Part shown: piece by piece, positions 1-13,682 of the stretch | Position numbering within the stretch: position 1 is the first letter of the stretch | Layout of the letters: each line of letters begins with the position of its first letter | Origin: Eledone cirrhosa | Lineage: Eukaryota | DNA: 64,000 nucleotides | Assembly: GCA_964016885.1 (NCBI GenBank) | Contig: OZ024742.1 | Coordinates: 333,064,001 to 333,128,000 of the forward strand | Direction of reading: 5' to 3' | Position numbers and translations under genes: made by a program | Notes under the pieces: model-generated | Databases searched by the model: none | What the model saw: the letters and a program-made list of their open reading frames with translations, nothing else | What the model was told of the DNA's origin: nothing

Positions 1-268
1 ACTTAACTGTTACAGGAAACATCTCTCTTGAAATGGTAATAGAACAGGCATGTAACAAGACTCATCAGGCTGGACTACAGGAAATTACTGTGATCAACAG
101 AAATACTAGCAGATAGAATGATGATCCAATTTAAAGAAAGAGGAAATTGCCAAGAATTTCAACCAAACAAGCTACTTATTGGTTATACAGTGATTTTCAA
201 GTTTAGCTTTGCAATGGATGAACGTAAGTGTGTATGGTTGTATACATACACACACACATATATGTATT

Positions 269-470
<202 letters not shown>

Positions 471-768
471 ATGTATATATTAATGTAAATGAGGTTTAAA
501 AGAGTGCTCGATACTAGGGCTAGTAGTGTGTGTCTATAATATACACATACATACACTCATGCAGGCACACACACACGCACACAAACACATATATATGTAT
601 GTATGTGTGTGTGTATGTAAGTATGTATATATGAATGTTTGCATTCACTTTTATACATGGATATATTTATGTTTATGTGTGTTTATAAAAATTTCCTTCA
701 CGTGAATATTTATTTACTTTCACATATACATACAAACATATATACAAACATTCCAAGCACATATCTTC

Positions 769-857
<89 letters not shown>

Positions 858-940
858 GTGTGTAGATAAACGATCGTAAAATGATGAATCTTTGGATATA
901 AGGAACTTGTTCTTTTTTTTTATTTCATTGTTTTTATTAA

Positions 941-994
<54 letters not shown>

Positions 995-1784
995 TGTATA
1001 TGTGTAATTGTGTATGTGTTTGTGTATGTTTGTTGGGGTGTGTGTGTGTATGTGAGTTTGTATGTGTGTTTGAGTGTTTTTGTGTATGTGTGTGTGTGAT
1101 GGTTAGTATTTGAACAAATATGATCTCGGTTTATGTTATTTTAAAATTAGATGCTTATTTTCGAAGAAAATCATATTTATCTCTGTTCATGTAAGATACC
1201 ATTTTCAAGCGCAGATTTTGCTCTATTGATTTATGCTAATAGTTTTACTTTTTGTTCTTGATTATTTTAGGTTGTCAAATTAAAGTTGGTAATCGCAAAC
1301 ACGAACGATTTTATTGTACGAATTTAAAATTGAAGTTTAAACAGTGGAAATTTCCAATAAAATCAACCAATCATTTGGCCAGGAGACCTTCAGCAAACGT
1401 ACACCTCAGCAGATATTGGGCGTTCTTTCGTTTTAAGTAGACAGCAATCTCCGAAGAGTTATTTCATTTTAGGTTCATTTAAATCTATTACAATAATTTT
1501 CTAGCATATTTTTTTTCATCATTACGAAACATTAATTTCAAGCATTTTCTTTTACAAATAAATCATTCAAGATTCACATACACAAATTCCTGCAGATATA
1601 TGAAAATATATTAAATGATGTCCATGAATGTGGAGATATTTCCTTCTTTCTTTCTTTTTTTTTTTGTTAAAAAATTATTAGGAGTTTACATACACAAATC
1701 TACCAGAGGGCGTTCATTTTCATTATATTATGTACGTCTATTGCTGTCGACATACATTGAAAGTACTTCGAGTTCATATTGTAG

Positions 1785-2200
1785 ATGAGAACCTTGAAAC
1801 GATAAAACTCATGAATGATATTTTACACTTGAGACCGATCAATTGCAGATCATTGTTTAAGCGGACATGTGTAAACAATGGAGAGAGTGCAAAAGAACTT
1901 AACGTTAATCATTGAAATGATCAACATTTGTACCACAAATAAAAGAAACTCAACAAATGTGTGCCACATGGGCTGTACGGAAAATGAAATACGTTGCTGC
2001 AACAAAGTCCTTTTGGCATAACAAAAATCACGTGTTTCTGACCGGGATTAAGACATGTGTCGAAAAATGGTGTTTATGACAAACGTAGAGTTTCGCGCTG
2101 AAATTGGACATAGGTAAATTTTCAAATCACTCTTTTCGAAAGGGAAGTTGCAGAAAAGGATGATATATCTCGCTTTCTGGTGATAGGCAGGTGAAAAATC
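1785..2200 (+). mobile_element. Decayed mariner (Tc1/mariner) transposase fragment
   Basis: Broken frames give AKELNVNH, NKCVPHGL (mariner KWVPHEL), NKNHVFLTGIKTCVEKW (mariner FLDRIVTCDEKW) and YDKRR (YDNRRR) in the expected order, with stops and frameshifts. Confidence 0.8.
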
Positions 2201-3849
2201 CATTTCTGTTCCATGTATCTTGGTGAAACCAGCATAGAACTGAAGTATAGCAGGAAATTAATGAACAACACAAAATACCTGCTTGATCAGGACTGTGTTT
2301 TGTTCAATAACCACAGGTATTCCGCCCCGGAAAAGCCTGTATGTCATCACTAGATTTGATAGAATTAGCAGTCAAATTATTCTCAAATCACACCCTAGTT
2401 TCTTCAGAAGGAATAGAAATAATGCACAAAAAAAATCACCACAACACAGTCTATTATATTATTCAGAGAAGACACAACACAACACTTTATACCATCCATT
2501 TCAACATTGCCTAATGGTTCCGATGTTAAATTCTCCAATTTGACCAACGTAACAGCCTGCACGTTAAATTAACGAGTATGTGTCTGAGAATCTCATAGAT
2601 ATATGTACCCTTATGTTCAACGTAAAATTCATCGAATAGCCTGGCTCTTTGAATTACATGAACAATTCTGTTTTTCCCGCTGAATAGATTGAGATAAACA
2701 ATTTTGCCCAATGACATAATGTACAATGTAGATCGGTCCTCCCATCATGAACTGACTACTCTAATAACTAAATCAGGCCAATTCACTCAAAAAGAACACA
2801 CATATATGCATTACTACTTAGTACCTCATTACGTCATAATACCAAATAGCAACTATTCCCCAAACACTATCTGTTCGCTGCAATCACCACCCACGACTTT
2901 CCATCAAACTAGATATCGCAATAGCACTCTCATGTAATAAGACCCATTATACTGTACTACAGGAAATTACTGAGATTAACAGAAATACTAACGGAAAGAA
3001 TGATTCACCCACTACATTCACTTTTCAGATAATTCTAGCAGGTCACAATACCGTGTTAAAGCTCCATATACAGACTGTCATTCGATATTCAATACCGTCT
3101 GTTATAGTATATCGGAGAGAAGGCCACTAGCGAGAACTTTCTATACATGGAACAAGTGATCTGGAAAAAGAGATAACCCGGATGTGGATGGTGAAAAGAG
3201 AAATAGTCCCTATAATAATAAGTGAGCAGCAATTTTTAAAACAAAACACAAAGGCATACAGATAATCAAAACCCCCAGAACATATAATTATAGACATCAT
3301 ACAGAAAATAACACCACTAGTCAGAGACCTGTGCACTGTAATGCAGTTGCATCACGCAAACAAAATAAGATAAATAAGACAAACAACAACAAGAATAATT
3401 ATGATCATGGTAATAAAAATAATAATAATATTATTATATAGTATTTTTATTGTTATTATTTTATGACAGACAGCTTATTCCTCAAGTTAATCTCAGTTTT
3501 CAAAACAGCACATACTCTCTGGTAGCATTCCTTCCAGATGTTCTCTTTTATCCTGGCGTGGGGAATATCTTAGCCTTCATCGATCCCTAAATATATGTAG
3601 GCTTGTTCCTGTTCTACTTCCCTAATTACGGTATTGGTATAGTAACATATACTAATGTTCGTACTAAAACTGTAAAATTGCCTAAATATGGGAGCTGGCA
3701 AAAATTGTAATCGTGAAGCGTCGGACGGAATTATTTCTGGCTATATGGGTATTGAGTTCATATCACGGCTCCTGTCATCGAAAGAAACTGTTACGTTTTA
3801 TAAATGGGCACAATATTGTTTAAATATTCCCCAAAGTTCCTTCATTGAT

Positions 3850-4870
3850 CATCTATTACAAGCAGGATCGTTGGGGCAGAATCCTAGGACATGCCACCTA
3901 AAAGCTCCTACGGAGACCAAAGAAGTTTATTGGAGTTGTACAACTATGTTCCTCTTGGTCTATTTCTGGTTCCCATGCCGCTTGGTTTTGCCTGCAAGAT
4001 CCCTCCTACGATTCGTTTCTTAAACATGCTGAATTATAAGTACTCAATGCAGACAAGTATCAAAACTACTTGCAAATAAATGCTGATCTCTAAGCTATAC
4101 ACACTATTGAGATACGTTATTTTAAAGAACCATTGGAGGAACCTCATTTCGGTCGTTTGTATTCACGATTGTATTCCTCTGATTACTGCACAAGATTCAT
4201 GATCATAATTAATGGTAGGCGCAAATAACTAATTGAAATGGGTTGCGCCTTTATACCTAAATCTCTTCTGATGATCCAGTGCGGAAACTGGCTCATTATT
4301 GCACCGGCTCTAACAATTCTTACATTTATTTCAGCGATCTACCGTCCATTAACTGCGACAATAACCCAGACATATTTGAAATTCTCCATGTGCTTTAGTG
4401 TATTTCCATTTACTAGCAAAACAGGTTGCACATGCTTTCTCGAGAGGACGAATGTCTCAGTTTTACAAAACCTATGTTCATTCCTGCTTTGCAGCACTCG
4501 GCAGCATATCTATTCATCGTATATAAGAAATCACCAGTGGATTAGTTAAGTAGCATGATGTCGTCTGCAAATATCAGCCGACTGATCCTAAACCCACTGA
4601 TTTTAATACAACTTCCACCTCGGCTGCGTATTTCAAACCTATGCATGAACATTATGAACAAGGTCCATTATGAACAATACGCAACCCTGGCTGAGTTTGA
4701 CGCTGTCATTGAATGGTTTCGGTTCCGCACCATTTATCCGAATACAGATATTAAAGGTTTCATATAGGGACGCAAAGAGAAACTCACCGTCGACCCATAC
4801 TCTTACAGCACAAAATGTCACTGAGCGTTCAATTTTATGTATTTTCGATGTTCGCGATACAAGAATAGAC
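3850..4870 (-). mobile_element. Decayed RTE-clade LINE reverse transcriptase fragment
   Basis: Minus-strand translation gives CIRINGAEPKPFNDSVKLSQGCVL (RT QG motif), LIFADDIML (catalytic motif) and LKHMENFKYVWVIVAVNGR*IAEINVRIVRAGAIM (KYLG/thumb region). Frames are disrupted and the boundaries are approximate. Confidence 0.82.
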
Positions 4871-6341
4871 CAATAAATTGTAAAATCATAGGTGTCCTGA
4901 AAACATCTGCAGTTGTGAGCTGTAAACAGCAACTTACTTTACCCATTACACATTCAACACTAGTCAAATACACATCTGAAAGACAGTACATAACAATCAT
5001 CTCTACAATGCATCACATATTTCATATCCTACACACTTGCAACTATACAACGTACTGTAAACTATTCAATACAAAATCACCAAGCAATTTCTACTAAACA
5101 TTACTAAACCACACACCATGCTTTAAAAACAATCCTAAAACACATTTCACATTAAACACTACCCAGCAGCCACCTTCCACTACATACCATAGCTCACACA
5201 AAAGGTATTAGACATACTCCAGGACACGTCAACTTAAGCATTACACAACAGTCACCTCCCACCGCCACCAGCATCTTCTTCAGCAAAATATATCACACAA
5301 AACATTTCCTGTTCAAACGACAAATCTATGTAAGGTGGATTCCGTTTCATGATAGACAGGTTACATATTTCATTGTTCACACCTAACACAATACCCATAC
5401 AACCCTCGACATTATAAACTGGTTACATAATTCATTGATCGAATTTGCCACGCCCTCTACACCCTCATCCTGGAAGATGACAGTCAGGAGAACAATGGTG
5501 ATGATAATGAAGGTCACGATGATGAAGCTAACGACCCCTATGATGATGCTGATGACAGTAATGCTACTAATAATGTTGATGATGTTAATATTGATGATTA
5601 GTTTGCGGATGATGGTAGTCATGAATGCATGCAATTTACGTTAAACTTATGACAATTAATTCAACTTTTGAAAGGTTCAGTGAGTGAAAAACATGTTTTG
5701 ATGGATGTGTGTATGTTGGTGTGTATGCGTGTGCTTACGTGTGCAAGTGTATGTGCGTGTGCCCATAATTCTATGCGTGCGAGTGTGTTGGTATGCGAGA
5801 CAGAAGGTGTGGAAAAACTGGCTGCTATTCCCATCCCACAAACATTCACACCTTTTACATACGTAACACATCGATGAAAGCAATATAGAAAACATGCACA
5901 TCATTGCAAAACGGATTAATAAAGGTGGAATAGAAGGCGACAAAGAAGAAAATGACAAAGGGGAAGATAGATAGAAAGAAATAGAGAAGAAAAAGAGGAA
6001 AAGAAGGGGAAGATGAAGAACGAAAAGAGATAGAAAAGGAAAGAATAAAATATAGAAAAAAGAAAAAAGAAGAGAAGAAAATGAATCAAATGATAAAGAA
6101 GAAGAGAAGGTAGAAAAGACGAAGAAAAAGAAAGAAATAGAAGAAAAATAAAACTAAGAACAGAAAATGTTTGAGAAAATGTTTGAGAAGGAAAAAGGAA
6201 AAAAAGGAAAAAAGGAGGAACATTATTTTGCGCATAGTACTCGGAATAAAAGTTATGATTGAGTTACGGGACATAAATACTAGCATAGACGTACATTCAG
6301 GCACGAACACGCGCAGGAACAGACACACACACACACACACA

Positions 6342-6411
<70 letters not shown>

Positions 6412-6996
6412 CAGACACACACATACACACACACATACAGACACACAGACAGCCAGACACACACACACAAACACACACACACGAACACAAACACAAACAC
6501 ACTCACTCACTCACACACACTCACAGACACGTAGACACATAGCAGTCCTTAGTAATTTCCGTCAACCAAAGCAATGTTCAACAAAACGGAACTGAGCCCA
6601 GAACAAACTGATTGCGAAGTGAACTCCTTAAGCTCATCCCTATGCATGAAAAATGAAAATGCGACGATAAATTAGTACAGCACTTCAGATGCTAATTGCC
6701 TGACAGTGACTGACGCATTTGACGGGCTCACCGAAAATCGAGCATGCACGTGAATTAATGCGACTCCACCCCCACATATTTATGTCACCCATATGTCTTT
6801 ATTTATCACGGAAAAAAATATAGTCAGACTCTCTTGTAGATAGAATTAATTCCATGTATCGAGTACTCTACTGAACACTGGTTTAACTAGTTTAACTAGT
6901 TTTAACAAGTAAAATCCTACACACACAAACACACACACCACACACACAGGCACACACACACAAACGAACTCACACACTCACACATATATATATATA

Positions 6997-7035
<39 letters not shown>

Positions 7036-7253
7036 GAATAATCGAGTATCGAAAAATCGGCGCACGAGTTCACGAGAAACAAAATTCGAAATGAGTGGCA
7101 GAGGGCTCAATAATTCAGATAAATCAGAGCTATAACTATCGTTAAAATACCGACACACATAGAACATGTCTAAAATCAACCATACGACCGAAAAATCACG
7201 ATCTGGAAGATTCGGGACACTCAGATAAAATATCAATAAATCAATAAATCAAA

Positions 7254-7313
<60 letters not shown>

Positions 7314-8031
7314 TGTATGTATCTGTGAGTATGAGTCTATGTGTGAGATTGTGTGTGTGTGTGTGTTTGTATGTGTGTATGTTTTATAAGAGTAAATACG
7401 GCATTTCACATTTCAGCATCGACTGGAATTAGCCTTGCTTGCCATACTTTATCCCTGCCCTTCCGGACTCGGTCTTGGAATTTAAATCTTCTCCCACTCA
7501 AACATTCCTCTACATTATTTGGCTCCGGGATTGTCTGGATGAAGAAACAGAAAACAAGTCCCTGATCAATCTTCATAGCCTTTTATTGAAAACCACATGT
7601 AGATCTAATCTTGGTAGATGGCTTCTCTCGCTCTTTCACTAACCAGATTGATGTAGGTATATTTCTGTAATGTAATACTTGCTTTTTTTTTATGAAGAAT
7701 ATTAGCATATATTTGCGAGTACTATTGTACATTATGATAGACACCATGGAGCCGATGATTCCAAAGAGCCTACACAATATTTCTTTCCCAAGTTCTACCA
7801 GTGCAAGTTTGAGAGAGTCGGTAGCGTTTCATACACTACTTGCAGACCGAAGAAAATTCGGATAGGTTCCAATCTCCATAGATTTCCCAAAGTGATCTTC
7901 AAAATAGGGAGGTCTCATTTGGTCTGGGCTAAGTTGGGTGCTAGCTCTCCTTCTTCTTCTTCTTCTTCTTCTTCTTCTTCTTCTTCTTCTTCTTCTTCTT
8001 CTTCTTCGCCCACTTAATTCCGATGCTGATA

Positions 8032-8083
<52 letters not shown>

Positions 8084-8216
8084 AGTTAATATAAATTAAT
8101 ATATATGATAAACACTAATACCAACATATAAGTGTTTGTATTGTAAATGACCAAGTTAGCTAGATTGAAAAATACTAGTTATATTAATACAGTTTGCCTG
8201 TCTCGATTTAAAATAA

Positions 8217-8691
8217 TCTATATATATAAAGCTGTGGTTGTCTGTCTGTCTATCGATTTTTGGCACACATCTCCTCTTAGAATCTCTGACGGAATTGCAC
8301 CGAAATTGCTATACTCGTACATTGAGCCCTAGCGAAGACATCGGAAAAAAAATATTTCAAATTGACCCACCCTATGTGACGAAATCGAATCTAATGTATC
8401 AATTTTTGAGCGTAAGTGACGAGTTATTTCCCTTTGTTCTGTTTACATTGAGCGTCTTACGTTCTGTTTACATTTTCTGCGTGCAAAAATTAAAAAACTT
8501 ACGCTGGCTTGGTTGTCTGTCTGTCTATCGATTTTTGGCACACATCTCCTCTTAGAATCTCTGACGGAATTGCACCGAAATTGCTATACTTGTACATTGA
8601 GCCTACAGTTTTTAAGCCAAAAAAGAAACTTAACATTGTAACTTTAACACAGCTACTGAGCGACCCCGAGCAACGCCGGGTTTACTGCTAG
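8217..8691 (+). mobile_element. Non-autonomous Helitron (~475 bp)
   Basis: Begins TC (tctatatatataaagctg). Ends with the GC-rich hairpin cccgagcaacgccggg then CTAG. Inserted between A and T with no TSD. Internal ~90 bp direct duplication (8237-8329 and 8510-8604). Confidence 0.85.
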
Positions 8692-8965
8692 TAAATCAAT
8701 AAAAACAAACCCATATAGGCAATGGCCGTGGTACTTGGACAAATTTAAATTTCAAAATCCAAACCTGTTCCGTAGATAAATTTAAACTTCAAAATCCAAA
8801 TAAGTTTCGATAATTGAAAAAGTGAAAACATACTTCTTTCTTTGAGCTATTTCATTTTAAAGGACTGTTTGAGTTTAGAACTCTATATTCATAGTATATA
8901 TATATATATATATACATATATTAGAGGGCGATGGTGATATATATATATATACAAATTCAGAAACG

Positions 8966-9019
<54 letters not shown>

Positions 9020-9025
<6 letters not shown>

Positions 9026-9190
9026 CAAAGAGGGTGTGGTATGATACCAAGATACCAGGTGGACCATAACGCACCAGAGTACTTAATACGTAGCGTGGTA
9101 GAGTGGGTAATAGGAAAAGCGTCAGACCCCCGACGACTGAGCTCTGGTCTAGCTGTCGAAACGGCAGGAGCTCAGCCGTCAGGGTCATGA
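9020..9190 (+). repeat. Dispersed repeat, related to 20300-20530 in opposite orientation
   Basis: accaggtggaccataacgca...gtagagtgggtaatagga is the reverse complement of ~20447-20510. gtcgaaacggc and gagctcag motifs are shared, and both copies are flanked by (TA)n. Confidence 0.75.
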
Positions 9191-9877
9191 ATCTTTTCCT
9201 ATATATATATATATATGGGGGGCGGGGGTGAAACACACATGTACATCGCATACATACACATAGGTACACATATGCACAGTCACTCACTGACATACGTTTG
9301 TTTAAATTGAATTATGTTCCTGTTTGGTGTGTTTGGTCATTTAGCCTGTTTATATTTGGAAAAAGTTAAATGGATATTGGTTATGTCTTCATTTGAATAT
9401 TAATTCAGCAATGCATACTTACTTAACAGTATCGTAAATTTTTTCATTACATATAACTCACATTTTTAGCTCTATTCATGTAGGGTGCAGACCTTCCAGC
9501 CATGATACGCTGGAAACTATTTATCGTAGTGTTTCTGTTTGTAATAGCCTGGTTTTATGAAACAGTATTTGTGTTGATATTAGTGATTATGCTTATATTG
9601 GAGCATATATTTGCATTGTAAATTGAATTTATGTTTGTGTTTGCATTAGTATTTGTACTTGTGTGTGTGTGTGTGCCGATAACTGTGTCAGTACTAGCAA
9701 TTGTTCCTGTATTGGTTTTATTGGTATTTGATTTTCTACTTGTGTTTGTACATTTGGTTGTATAACTGCGTGTCTCTATTCGTGTATAAGTTAGTATTTC
9801 TGTTCGTGTTAACATTTGATGACGTAATTAGGTGTATAGTGGTGTTAGAGTAACGACTATGTATTTGTTTTGCAAAA

Positions 9878-10342
9878 TTATTTTTTGTATGAAATCGTGT
9901 GTTGAAACATATATTGTTATACTTTGGGGAGGGTCATGTTCTACTATCGCCAGAAAAATATAGTAAAACACACTCACTGTTTGGTTTGGTTTAGCTTTCA
10001 CGTCTGTATGTTTTTATATTTCTATAGATAATTTAGCTGGCAATCAACGTTTATGATTGATTCGCCCACAGTTAAAAGATATACGGGAAGAAAATAGAAA
10101 CATCACTAATGATGTCACATAATGTTTGACAAAAGAACTCTGAGAAACTATATTTATGTTTTTATTTTTTAACTGTTGGTCAATCAATGATAAACATTCT
10201 ATAAATAATTTAGCAAATTATTTATAGAAGTATAAAAATATACTGAAGCCAAAACCAAACCAAGACAAACAGTGAGGGTGTTTTACAATATTTTTCTGGC
10301 AATATTAGAACAGCAAGACGCTCCCCAATTATAACAATATAG
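9878..10342. mobile_element. Solo Penelope-type pseudo-LTR in tail-to-tail inverted arrangement, with a decayed hammerhead core
   Basis: 9905-9990 is an inverted copy of 10250-10341 and matches the PLE terminus (gaccctccc..tataacaatat at 16212). Centre reads catca CTAATGA tgtcaca taat gtttgac AAAA, a decayed CUGANGA-stem II-GAAA. Confidence 0.65.
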
Positions 10343-11119
10343 TCAAAGTAATTGTCTATTAATGCTTGATAGTAACTTAGCAAAGTTTTCAGTGCCATTA
10401 CCGTAATATTATTTATGCCTCAATGGTATCTATGTGAATTTAGGAAATACGTATTTACTAGGCTTAGAAAGGTTTTCGTTATATTAGAAAGGACATTTAA
10501 ACTAAAAAGTGGAGTTTTGTACGGGATAAGTTTCTTATTTCTAACTTATTTGTTATTATTTTCTAAATAGATTTTATCTATAAATCCTCGCTTTGTAAAA
10601 GTATTGTTAGAATTGTTCTCATTAATATATAATTAGCATAGTGTACAACACGTTCTATAAACACACATACTAAAAACGCATGGACAAACACACATGTACA
10701 TATATATAATGCAACACATGATACATGAGACAACATTACACATGCATATGCTTCTTTCTTATTTTATCTAAATACAATACAATTACCCGTATAAATAAAT
10801 ATATATATATATATATATATAAAAAAATATATGTAGGCATGTAACGTAGGAAAAATTACTGTTTAACCTGTAAATTGGAAAAAGCGATAAAGTAGTTGAT
10901 ACATGTTGCTGCAGTCTCAGTTACATACCATGTATGTATGTATACAGATATAACATTATCATACACATCAGATGCTAGCGCACTTCCTAATATATATATT
11001 TATATACTTATGCACAGATATATATATATATACTCCTTGACACACACACGCATATATATATATATATATAGTTATAAACATATTTATATATACATGTATA
11101 TATGTGTGTAAATATATAT

Positions 11120-12892
11120 ATAAGCAAAGGGGTATTTAATTTGTTAGCAATTCAACAAATATATATATTTATAACAGATTCGAAGCACTGGACAAGTTTT
11201 CTGGAGTATAATATCAATGATATTAATAAATGGAAACTATATTTATAAAACCATATTTATTCTATTTATTCAAGGGTACCAAAACTTTGTTACGCACTCA
11301 TCAAATAAAATACAAAGTTTGTTTTATAAATATTGAAATGAATATAGGTCCGATAAAAAATCTTCCAATTCATTATCACATCAATTTGGAAGTTAAAGGG
11401 CAATACTATAGATTATTCAATATCTTGGGGAACGATTTCGAAAGCACCTGCATACGGTAATATGGCTTTCTCAAGAATCTGTTATTTGTGTATCTTATAT
11501 AATTAACTGTTAAAATTCTATTAATTTAAAAAGCGAATTATTCAGTTCTTGCAGACATCCCCAAAAATCCACTTTCCGAAGTATTTTTAATCTATAATAT
11601 TGATTACAATTGACTACGTCTTATACATCTTTAAAATGTTTCTGTTGTTTAATGAGGTATTTTTTTGTTTTTTATTTAAAAAAAAAATTTAAATGAACTT
11701 TTTCTTCTCATATTTAGTATTTTTCCCAATCGATATTCTTTTCTTAATCTATTTTTTAGATTGATAATTTTTTAGATTCATACTTTTTAATTGATATTCT
11801 GAAAGATATCCTCTTTACGATAGTTCTTCTAAATTCTCTCTTGACTTATATAATAATACATTTTTCCTCTCTTTAATCTTCAAATTTTTCACACATCTTT
11901 CGACGTAGATAATATCCAAATACGTATATAATTGAAATTCTCATCCTTGAAAATATGTAATATAAAATACCTTATAATCTCACACAAAATAAAATATAAT
12001 TTTCTCTACATACTTTCCGCATTTTCTAAGAAAATTATTCATCTAATCTAATATTACTATTGGAGTTATCTTTTCCTTTACAATTGAGCAAACATATACA
12101 TAATAACTTGTATGTTAAATTATATGTAATTTCGCTAAATTAATAATTTTCTGTAAATATTTTCAATTTTTGATGAAACTATTTGAATCTACAAATTGTT
12201 CTTCTCTTAAAATTTGAACTACGTCTTTTTCTTAAATATATATTTAAAATGTAAAATCAACATCCTTCATAACTCATATTAGAAATATAAACACATTAAT
12301 ACGTGTGTTTTATACCTATATATTCACCAATAATAGTTATATTTATACACTTATTAATCTATCTTTATATTTATATACTTACAACCTGTTGTAATATAAT
12401 AAGATAACATCTACTTAGAACCATAATTCTTCATATAATCTAATTGTAATGATTATATATATAATATTGTAACTCATGATTTAGCTAAATATTTTTTTTG
12501 TATTCTGGAATTATATTCCACCACTCCAACAAATTTTTAATTCTTAACGTTTCAATCTTTTTAAATTCACGTACATTTTGGTAATATAAATACAATCTTA
12601 TCTTTCTTTCTTCTTCCTATATATATACATATATATAGCCTAATAATTATTTAAATCTAAGTAGCGTCTAAAAATAACGTTCTTTTCAGCCCTACGCCTC
12701 AATCTCACTTGCATATTCATTAAAATAATTTGAAATACTTGTTTTTTCCACTTTACCTTTTTTTCCTTTTTTTCTTTCACTATCCAGGTGAAACTTGAAC
12801 CGGTAAGGTCTCATTCCTGGATATGTCAATGTTTATAAAACAAACTTTGTATTTTATCTGATGAGAGCCTGCCAGAGTTTTGGTACCCTTGA
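11120..12892. mobile_element. Degraded AT-rich element bounded by ~65 bp inverted repeats that contain decayed hammerhead sequence
   Basis: 11270-11336 is the reverse complement of 12826-12892. The same family occurs at 18138-18251 and 33575-33845. The interior has only weak RT-like remnants on the minus strand (YTYLDIIY; SFPKILNNL*). Confidence 0.5.
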
Positions 12893-12976
12893 ACACACAG
12901 GGGAAACACACACACAGAAACAAAATGGCGTAGGACAGAAGAAAGGAAAGCCACAGAAACAAAGAAAGGAATCCCC

Positions 12977-13021
12977 AGTCACTGAAGAGGTCACAGAGTG
13001 TGTGACGGAAGGACTATGACT
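12977..13021 (+). ncRNA. Slightly decayed minimal type I hammerhead ribozyme in a PLE pseudo-LTR (12893-13180)
   Basis: agtca CTGAAGA g-gtcaca gagtg tgtgac-g GAAG gac TA tgact. Stem I agtca/tgact, 6 bp stem II; GAAA is mutated to GAAG. Confidence 0.7.
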
Positions 13022-13171
13022 ATATATAAACAACTATCTGGTTGTGGAACCAACCAACCAACCAGAAATTTATAAATTTGTAAATTTGTAAATTTATAAA
13101 TATATAATAAATTGAAGTGAAAGCATCTGGTGCGTGTGTTTCTTATTGGCAACATGACCCTCCCAAAGTAT

Positions 13172-13221
<50 letters not shown>

Positions 13222-13325
13222 TAAAACATGTCTATAGAATCACCAGATAAAATATATACCGTTTCATCTCCCAATTACCATAATTAACCATATAAAAAAT
13301 CAATTAGAACAAGCTATAAGAATAA

Positions 13326-13682
13326 AGGTTCATATGAAGAAATCTCCGACAAATAACCGAAAGCAGGCCCTTCGCGGCGGTTACGACGGAGTATTTATCG
13401 ATAATTTCGACAGCATCTATAAATCGACCAGATATACAGTCAACTAAACAGAATTAGGTGTAAAATAAACTAGAAGAAATACGTACATATTTAAAACCTC
13501 TACCATGGTTTCGTCCGCATTTTAAGACATCCGATAACATGGGATATCTAGAACTTCGGATTCTTCAGGAGTTAGCTCAAATTTAGACAATTAATTTTCC
13601 AATGTGATCGCGACAAGAATACATACGTAACCGCCGAGAAGGGGCTACTTTCGGTTATTTGTCGGAGATTTCTTCATAGGAC
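13326..13682. mobile_element. Inverted-repeat element (PLE pseudo-LTR-like) containing a hammerhead
   Basis: 13334-13385 and 13626-13678 are ~52 bp inverted repeats with an internal hammerhead at 13495-13573. Directly abuts the PLE ORF. Confidence 0.7.
13495..13573 (-). ncRNA. Type I hammerhead ribozyme with long stem II insert
   Basis: Minus strand: aactc CTGAAGA atccg...cggac GAAA ccatgg TA gaggtt. Intact core, palindromic stem III (A-CCAUGG-U), GUA cleavage triplet, stem I with one bulge. Confidence 0.72.

Noticed and set aside
5-75. Minus-strand CTGATGA-gtcttg...caaga-GAGA possible hammerhead relic
   Set aside because: GAAA is mutated, stem I is weak and the sequence is at the window edge; too degenerate to call.
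12780-12822. tatccagg...cctggata hairpin as a SECIS element or type II hammerhead
   Set aside because: Lacks correct SECIS core geometry, and the hammerhead stems need several bulges.
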